Shown piece after piece: positions 1 through 4,806 of a stretch of DNA of 5,642 nucleotides. Position 1 is the first letter of the stretch; each line of letters begins with the position of its first letter. Position numbers and translations under genes: made by a program. The stretch is from the NCBI GenBank assembly GCA_964522265.1, contig CAZFVS010000071.1:1-5642 (forward strand), read 5' to 3'. The stretch comes from an uncultured Gammaproteobacteria bacterium. Lineage in GTDB: Bacteria; Patescibacteriota; Microgenomatia; Daviesbacterales; UBA10151. The notes under the pieces were generated by a model. That model ran no database searches. It worked only from the letters and a program-made list of their open reading frames with translations, and was not told where the DNA came from.

Positions 1-65
1 CATTAATTAAGTGTGCCTAATCCTAGAAGGTTTTGTCAAATCCTGAACAATTACATTTTTGAAGA

Positions 66-94
66 TTGACATTTCCCAAATAAAAAAGTATATT
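66..94 (+). promoter_or_regulatory. Sigma70-type promoter of the 262-aa gene: -35 TTGACA (66-71), 17-bp spacer, -10 TATATT (89-94)
   Basis: Read directly from the sequence. It has a consensus -35, an optimal 17-bp spacer and a 5/6 match to the -10 consensus. The ATG at 103 is only 8 nt after the -10, and no Shine-Dalgarno lies in 83-102 (aaaaagtatattccctaaca), so the transcript should be leaderless or nearly so. Confidence 0.5.
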
Positions 95-102
95 CCCTAA
101 CA

Positions 103-891
103 ATGGCTGTAGAAAGTTTATTTAATGGGGAATTTGTGGTTAAACAGGATGGTATTTATACCTTTGTACACTATTACACCCATCCTGAAACCGAACTCCG
201 AATAGTTTTAGCAGGAATGAACCATGGAGGAGACAAAAAATATTTTGACAAAATTGCTTTCATACTCCAAAAGCTAGATAAAGTAATATTTGAAGCTATA
301 TCTTCCGACAATAGCTCTCCTGAAGAAAAACTCGAAGAAGAGAAGAGTATTCATAGCGAAAACCCAGACGAAGCTTTTTTCCCCGCAGTCGGAACTTATT
401 TTCAAAAAGCAGACCAATATCTCAACCTTGTTGGTGAAGGGGGTGCTTTTGACTTTACAAACCCAAACTGGGTCTGTGGTGACATGGAGTTTTTTATGTC
501 GCTTGAAAATAAAGACAGGCAACTGGCCCTTGAAGAGGAGATGCAAAAAAAATTAAGTTACATTCCAGCTGAGCGTAAAAAAGAGGTAGTTGAGTACGTT
601 AAAAGATCTTTTGAAAAAATGGAGAGTAAGCAGTTTACCAAAAGAGATTTTGGTGAGAGCTTTGTATTTTTATATTCTGATCCTAATATAGTTAAATTAT
701 ATTCAGAAATTTTAGGTACACAGCGGGAAGAGATGATAATGAACTGTTTTGATAAAATCGTTAACGAGGATAACCCTAGATCAATCGGTTTAAAGTACGG
801 TGCAGCACATATTACTAATTTAAGATCTTTGTGTGAACAGAGGGGGTATCTACTCAACAGGTCAGTAGGATTTAGAAATTTGAAATTTTAG
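103..891 (+). CDS. TraB/GumN/TIKI-superfamily-like protein (putative metal-dependent hydrolase), cytoplasmic, 262 aa
   Basis: Longest ORF in the region, ATG start, TAG stop. The N-terminal motif LRIVLAGMNHGG (G38-M-N-H41, nt 214-225) is followed by DKVIFE (E64). The C-terminal motif KYGAAHITNLRSLCEQRGY (G233-A-A-H236, nt 799-810) completes the paired GxxH plus Glu signature and the '...GAxH...G-Y' tail typical of TraB/GumN/TIKI proteins. There is no signal peptide or TM segment. An acidic low-complexity insert (SSDNSSPEEKLEEEKSIHSENPDE) follows the first motif. The family call rests on motif recognition only. Confidence 0.6.
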   Translation: MAVESLFNGEFVVKQDGIYTFVHYYTHPETELRIVLAGMNHGGDKKYFDKIAFILQKLDKVIFEAISSDNSSPEEKLEEEKSIHSENPDEAFFPAVGTYFQKADQYLNLVGEGGAFDFTNPNWVCGDMEFFMSLENKDRQLALEEEMQKKLSYIPAERKKEVVEYVKRSFEKMESKQFTKRDFGESFVFLYSDPNIVKLYSEILGTQREEMIMNCFDKIVNEDNPRSIGLKYGAAHITNLRSLCEQRGYLLNRSVGFRNLKF

Positions 892-937
892 TTACTCTTT
901 TCCTTTTAATTCTTACTTCCCATCTTTCTAAGATAAA

Positions 938-958
938 TTATGTACATAACTTGTTACA
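938..958. promoter_or_regulatory. Operator-like element upstream of the TA promoter: perfect 12-bp palindrome TTATGTACATAA (938-949) plus a TGTTACA repeat (952-958)
   Basis: The palindrome was verified by reverse-complementing it. TGTACA (941-946), TGTTACA (952-958) and the -35 TTGACA (965-970) recur about every 11-13 bp, roughly one helical turn. Phd/YefM antitoxins usually autoregulate through palindromic operators at their own promoter. Confidence 0.3.
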
Positions 959-964
959 AATTAA

Positions 965-993
965 TTGACAAAATAATCTATTTCTGATAAACT
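965..993 (+). promoter_or_regulatory. Sigma70-type promoter of the antitoxin-toxin operon: -35 TTGACA (965-970), 17-bp spacer, extended -10 TGaTAAACT (985-993)
   Basis: Read directly from the sequence. It has a consensus -35, a 17-bp spacer and a TG extension with a TAAACT hexamer that keeps the T1, A2 and T6 positions. The ATG at 1001 is 7 nt after the -10 and no SD lies in 981-1000. Confidence 0.5.
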
Positions 994-1000
994 AATTTCT

Positions 1001-1273
1001 ATGAGAGTATCTGCAATAAATATTATTCCTGTATCTCAAGCTCGCAGCAAACTGGGTGATTTAGCTGAATCTGTTAAAGGAGAAAACTACATTGTATTGA
1101 CTAAAGCTGGCAGTCCAACAGCAGCCTTGGTTGATGTTGATTATTTAACCAGACTTGAAGAAGAAGTAGAAAAAACTTACCAAAAAACTTTCATTGACCC
1201 CAAACTACTCCCTTATACCCGCAAATTTACTGATGATGAAATAGCTTTGTGGCTCAAAGAAGATTCTTTGTAG
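1001..1273 (+). CDS. Type II antitoxin, Phd/YefM family (90 aa)
   Basis: The N-terminus IIPVSQARSKLGDLAESVKGENYIVLTKAGSPTAALVDVDYLTRLEE matches the characteristic Phd/YefM pattern (ARxxLxxL...V-ITKxGxPxAVLV..ddYe.L.E). It is small and lies immediately upstream of a PIN gene. Its TAG stop (1271-1273) abuts the toxin ATG (1274). Confidence 0.85.
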   Translation: MRVSAINIIPVSQARSKLGDLAESVKGENYIVLTKAGSPTAALVDVDYLTRLEEEVEKTYQKTFIDPKLLPYTRKFTDDEIALWLKEDSL

Positions 1274-1684
1274 ATGAAAACTGCTTTTTTGGATTCCAGC
1301 GTCCTTTTTACGGCAGTAAATTCCCCCATAGGCGGTTCAGCAAAACTTTTTACTATACCCGGTGTGCAACTTATAGCCTCAAAAATTATTTTAATTGAGG
1401 TTGAAAGAAATGTTAGAGAAAAGTTACAAAGCTACCATCTGGAAAGATTTTTTATGTTGGTAGGTAAGCTTAAAATTTTAGATCAAACAGTTGATGATAA
1501 CTTGATAAATAGGGCTAAAAAAATAATCGCCATAAAAGATGCTGTAATCTTGGCAGAAGCCAAAAATTCACATTGTGAGTTTTTAATCACTTTGGATAGA
1601 AAACATTTCTTAACAGTAAAGGTTGCAAAATTTTTAGAACCTTCAAAGATTTTAACACCAAAGGAGTTTTTCGAAATAATTTAG
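1274..1684 (+). CDS. PIN-domain ribonuclease toxin (VapC-like), 136 aa
   Basis: The N-terminus is FLDSSVL (D7, nt 1292-1294). The other PIN acidic residues are present at the expected spacing: E42 (LIEVERN), D89 (KDAVILAEA) and D108 (LITLDRKHF). Size and position after a Phd/YefM antitoxin fit a type II TA toxin. Confidence 0.85.
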   Translation: MKTAFLDSSVLFTAVNSPIGGSAKLFTIPGVQLIASKIILIEVERNVREKLQSYHLERFFMLVGKLKILDQTVDDNLINRAKKIIAIKDAVILAEAKNSHCEFLITLDRKHFLTVKVAKFLEPSKILTPKEFFEII

Positions 1685-1693
1685 CATAGGTTT

Positions 1694-2134
1694 TCACTCT
1701 TTATCCCTCAGCTCCTGCTCAATTCTGCGCTGGTGGTCTTTTTCCTTCAACACCTTTCTCTTGTCAAATTCCTTTTTTGACTTGGCCAGACCCACATCAA
1801 CTTTAAACATATTGTGTTTTTCATAGATTGAAACAGGAACCAGAGTTGTACCTTTACCTGAAGTTTTTCCGATCAGTTCCTGAATTTGTGATCCATGGAG
1901 CAACAGTTTTCTTGAGCGCAGGGGATCATAATATTTGCTGCCTGTCTGGATCAGTTTGGGGATATTGGCATTAATTAAAAAAGCCTCATCGTTTAAGATA
2001 CGCACAAACGAATCAGACAGATCCATTCTGCCTGCACGGATGGCTTTGACCTCAGCACCACTCAAGACTATCCCCGCCTCAAGATGTTCTAATATATGAT
2101 AATTTCGTAAAGCTTTACGGTTAAGAATCCTCAT
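1694..2134 (-). CDS. smpB: SsrA-binding protein SmpB (trans-translation factor), 146 aa
   Basis: NRKALRNYHILEHLEAGIVLSGAEVKAIRAGRMDLSDSFV..., LLLHGSQIQEL and the basic C-terminal tail (KKEFDKRKVLKEKDHQRR) are canonical SmpB motifs, and the length is typical. ATG start, TGA stop. Confidence 0.95.
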   Translation of the reverse strand: MRILNRKALRNYHILEHLEAGIVLSGAEVKAIRAGRMDLSDSFVRILNDEAFLINANIPKLIQTGSKYYDPLRSRKLLLHGSQIQELIGKTSGKGTTLVPVSIYEKHNMFKVDVGLAKSKKEFDKRKVLKEKDHQRRIEQELRDKE

Positions 2135-2141
2135 TCTTCTG

Positions 2142-3950
2142 TTATTTTACCTCAACCTGGTAAATATTGTTCCCCTCAAGCAGGTACAGCTTTTTCCCAT
2201 CAGAATCAACCACAAAGTCATCGGTATTTTTTAATTTTTCTCCTTTAATCTGGGCTAAATATTGCCCATTCTTTTTGACAATAACTATCCTGGTGTTTAC
2301 TTTGTCTAAAATATAGACATTGTCTAAATCTTCCGGAACAAAAAAACTGTCAACCCCTCCCAATGGCTTATCCAATCCACCGATAGAAAAAAAGTCGCCT
2401 GCGCCTGCTGTAAACTTCAGGATCTGCCCGTTTTTTAATATCCAAACAGAGTAGTCTATTTTTAACCTATCCGCCCCGCTCAAACCAGGCTCTCCTTTTA
2501 AGTACTTATTTTTATCTGAATAATCCAGGGCTGCAGGCAGATATTTCCAGACCTGGTTTTTTACAGAATCAAGCAGGTAGATGTTGTTTGAGAAACCAAA
2601 AATATCAGAAATCTTCCCCCAATCACTATCAGGTTTTATAACCTGAGCTGCCTGAAGGCTTGAAATATCAACCCTAATCACTCCTTTGTCTTCTGAATAG
2701 ACAAAAGCCAACGCCCCATTCAGTGAAGCGTATTTAGCATCACCAAGCTGAATATTGCCTGCTAAAATCTGATTGCTTTTCTTGGCCAGGTCTACTACTA
2801 CTAATGTTTTTTTGTTTACATCCAAAAGTAATAATTTTCCCTGGGAAAATGACATTTTGCTGGCGGAGAAATCTTTTTTTATCAGGTCAAGGCTTAAAAA
2901 TAACGGCCAGTCCGGGATCTCGGTAATTTTCAGGATACTTTTACTGCCTTCTTCAACCTCCTGTTTTAAGCTTAGCAGTTGAGGGTCTTTAGGTTTTATC
3001 TTTTGAGCCTCGCTTAAACTCAACTTGGCATCATCCAGATCCTTTATAGCCCCAACAGGATCAGAATCTTTTCTGTTTTGTGCTTGAGTGTACCTGTCTT
3101 TTGCAGCAGAATAATATTTAATAAACCGGTTATTTTTTTCGGAGGTTTTTTTACTTAAAAATGACCATCCAGCTATCATTACAACTGCAAGTATTAAAAA
3201 AATGATTAAAAAAAACCGCATTTTTTTGCTATGCCGAACTTGGTTTCCAAATGATTCCTCTTCTTTTTTACGAAAAACCATCCCCAGGATTAATCTGACA
3301 CGGGCAACCACTGTTTCCAGCTTATTAAAAACTCTGTTGGTTTTTTGAGTGGGATTGGAAGCTGCAAATTCCCCCTCCAAGGAAACTTTTTCAGACTGGT
3401 TTTCGATTAAGACGGTTGCAATTGGACTGGAAATTTTAGACTGCAGCAAAAATATCTCCAACTCCTCTTCAAAAGAATCCAGCGGCTGGTTAAGAAAATT
3501 ACCAACTATCTCATCCCCCAGTCCTTCCTGAACACCAATACCTAAAAGTAACAGCTTATCTTTCTCTTTTAAAAAACCAGAAACCAGTTGTCCGTTTCTT
3601 CCGGGTAATATAAGCTCGGAGATTTTTTCATCCCTTTTTAAAAACGCTTTGTGCTGGCCTGTTGAATATAAATACAATATTTCCCCCTGCCAAAAACTTA
3701 CAAGTATCTGAAGATCTAAAACCCCAATAAGTTCTTTCTGAAGGGTTTCAATAAGCTGGGGGATTTTTATTGCAGGACCATCCTGGGAACTAAAGAATTT
3801 TTCTTCTATAAAAGGGTTTGTTTGTCTGACTTTGATAAAAACATCATCACCACTGCCTGAAATTAAAACAGCCAAACATGACTGATATACAAAAGCCTGG
3901 GCAGTTAATAAATCGGTGTTAGCGCCGATTGCCTTGGCAAATTTTATCAT
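2142..3950 (-). CDS. Bitopic membrane protein, 602 aa: degenerate PP2C-like cytoplasmic domain, one TM helix, helical linker, six-blade beta-propeller-like ectodomain
   Basis: Long uninterrupted ORF with an ATG start (3948-3950) and TAA stop. It has a single strong hydrophobic helix MRFFLIIFLILAVVMIAGWSFL (aa 244-265, nt 3156-3221), preceded by KK and followed by SKK. The C-terminal half carries six hydrophobic-YLLD/ILD-like strands spaced about 43 aa apart. The N-terminal 185 aa follow the PP2C motif order but lack the catalytic Asp residues. The gene call is firm and the domain calls are inference. Confidence 0.8.
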   Translation of the reverse strand: MIKFAKAIGANTDLLTAQAFVYQSCLAVLISGSGDDVFIKVRQTNPFIEEKFFSSQDGPAIKIPQLIETLQKELIGVLDLQILVSFWQGEILYLYSTGQHKAFLKRDEKISELILPGRNGQLVSGFLKEKDKLLLLGIGVQEGLGDEIVGNFLNQPLDSFEEELEIFLLQSKISSPIATVLIENQSEKVSLEGEFAASNPTQKTNRVFNKLETVVARVRLILGMVFRKKEEESFGNQVRHSKKMRFFLIIFLILAVVMIAGWSFLSKKTSEKNNRFIKYYSAAKDRYTQAQNRKDSDPVGAIKDLDDAKLSLSEAQKIKPKDPQLLSLKQEVEEGSKSILKITEIPDWPLFLSLDLIKKDFSASKMSFSQGKLLLLDVNKKTLVVVDLAKKSNQILAGNIQLGDAKYASLNGALAFVYSEDKGVIRVDISSLQAAQVIKPDSDWGKISDIFGFSNNIYLLDSVKNQVWKYLPAALDYSDKNKYLKGEPGLSGADRLKIDYSVWILKNGQILKFTAGAGDFFSIGGLDKPLGGVDSFFVPEDLDNVYILDKVNTRIVIVKKNGQYLAQIKGEKLKNTDDFVVDSDGKKLYLLEGNNIYQVEVK

Positions 3951-3963
3951 CTACTCAAAATAT

Positions 3964-4203
3964 TCACAAAAATCCAACAAACAGTACTATAATACCTAAT
4001 GCGACCAGGGCATGCAAAAATCCTATAAACCTTAAAATCAATCCCCCTTCAGTCCTAACAACCTGAGTCATCAACATAATCTGTCTTACTACCACCAGGC
4101 TGAAAATAAAATAAGCCGCTGAAAATAAAATGAAGGTTATTTTAAATAATAAAATAGTGCTGGTTTGGATAGGCAGGTTAGTAAGTAATGAGTCAATCGT
4201 CAT
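3964..4203 (-). CDS. Small integral membrane protein, 79 aa, two predicted TM helices
   Basis: ATG start, TGA stop. It sits between neighbours with gaps of 5 bp and 13 bp on the same strand. The two hydrophobic segments (ILLFKITFILFSAAYFIFSLVVV and LILRFIGFLHALVALGIIVLFVGFL) are separated by a short polar loop (RQIMLMTQVVRTEGG). I cannot recognise any homology by eye. Confidence 0.65.
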   Translation of the reverse strand: MTIDSLLTNLPIQTSTILLFKITFILFSAAYFIFSLVVVRQIMLMTQVVRTEGGLILRFIGFLHALVALGIIVLFVGFL

Positions 4204-4208
4204 AATTT

Positions 4209-4802
4209 TTAAATATTGCCTTCCCCTAAATCCTGTATGCGGTCAGCAACAAAATCAGGGTTGGGAATATTCCTGAATTCAATCCTCTGTCTTTCTGCTG
4301 CTGTTTCCACAAAAACATCTCCATAATCAAACAGGGCACCCCAAATGCCTTTTCTATGTGCTGACTGGCTCTGGACATCTTTTAATTCAATCTCTGTCAC
4401 CTCGCGCGCTATCAAGGAACGGAAGTTTATATCCACCAGATGGATATTTGTAACTATATAAATATTAAAATACCAGGACAGAAAATTCTCTATAATAAAA
4501 GCTGTTACAATCATATACCAGATAATCAGTCCTCCTGAAAACTCCTGAACCGGTATATTGATCAAAAAGTTAATACCCAGAAACTGGTCAAGCTGGATTA
4601 TGATGGCCGGAACAAAAAAGGCTGTGATAGATGCCACAACCCACGGAACATTAACTACCCAGTGCTGCCTTAAAAAGAGCTCAATCTTCTCGTTTTGTTC
4701 CTGATATTCAAAACTGATCTTGTCAGGGTGCTCAAAAAGTGAAGGGAAAAAATGAAAATGCATTATGAGTGGATAATAGCACAGGTAATTTTCAAGTACC
4801 AA
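4209..4802 (-). CDS. Membrane-anchored bacterial PH-domain (bPH_2 / YdbS-like) protein, up to 197 aa
   Basis: The pattern is E-x-I-x-LFLRQHW followed by two TM helices (VPWVVASITAFFVPAIII and GLIIWYMIVTAFIIENFLSWYF). A soluble module follows: IVTNIHLVDINFRSLIAREVTEIELKDVQSQSA..GIWGALFDYGDVFVETAAERQRIEFRNIPNPDFVADRI. This is the characteristic YdbS/YdbT bPH layout, with the PH module at about nt 4233-4454. The listed start at 4800-4802 is TTG. An in-frame ATG at 4761-4763 (MHFHFF...) is an equally plausible start, so the 5' end is uncertain. Confidence 0.75.
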   Translation of the reverse strand: MVLENYLCYYPLIMHFHFFPSLFEHPDKISFEYQEQNEKIELFLRQHWVVNVPWVVASITAFFVPAIIIQLDQFLGINFLINIPVQEFSGGLIIWYMIVTAFIIENFLSWYFNIYIVTNIHLVDINFRSLIAREVTEIELKDVQSQSAHRKGIWGALFDYGDVFVETAAERQRIEFRNIPNPDFVADRIQDLGEGNI

Positions 4803-4806
4803 TTAG

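Noticed and set aside
34-39. Minus-strand TTGACA (plus-strand tgtcaa) and the CAT at 1-3 as a possible divergent promoter and start codon for a gene left of the window
   Set aside because: No acceptable -10 hexamer lies 16-18 bp downstream on the minus strand. The CAT at the window edge cannot be evaluated without the flanking sequence.
274-857. Three ORFs overlapping the 262-aa gene (274-546 minus, 290-556 plus, 558-857 minus)
   Set aside because: They lie entirely inside the longer ORF that carries the recognisable TraB/GumN-type motifs. Their translations are low-complexity and K/F/L-rich, as expected for off-frame reading of AT-rich coding DNA, and they have no promoter or RBS context.
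940-987. 15-codon micro-ORF (MYITCYKLIDKIIYF) in the ORF1-TA intergenic region
   Set aside because: It has no RBS, overlaps the predicted TA promoter, and its length is within chance expectation. The ATG is part of the palindrome, which is better explained as a DNA-level element.
1627-1651. Inverted repeat AAGGTT-n13-AACCTT near the 3' end of the PIN gene as a possible bidirectional terminator
   Set aside because: The stem is only 6 bp, AT-rich and has a 13-nt loop. No U-tract follows on either strand, and it lies inside coding sequence. It is too weak to call an intrinsic terminator.
889-1684. All three plus-strand genes end in TAG, whereas the minus-strand genes use TGA, TAA, TGA, TAA and TAG
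   Set aside because: A sample of three is too small to distinguish from chance. I note it only as weak support for a different origin of the low-GC block.
1600-2140. Looked for ssrA (tmRNA) or a tRNA next to smpB, since smpB and ssrA are often adjacent and ssrA is an island integration site
   Set aside because: No T-loop-like GGTTCGAnTCC or its complement occurs anywhere in the window. There is also no non-coding space, because smpB is flanked by coding sequence 9 bp and 7 bp away. tmRNA must be encoded elsewhere.
2144-2149. TAAAAT hexamer (minus strand) 9 nt upstream of the smpB ATG as an internal leaderless-type promoter
   Set aside because: The sequence 17 bp upstream of it is GAACAA, a 1/6 match to TTGACA, and the nearby TTGAGG boxes are at the wrong spacing (24 nt or 0 nt). 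I found no support for a functional promoter.
2773-3531. Antisense ORFs 2773-2982 (+) and 3349-3531 (+) inside the 602-aa gene
   Set aside because: These are shadow ORFs opposite a long, uninterrupted, repeat-structured CDS. They have no recognisable motifs or start context.
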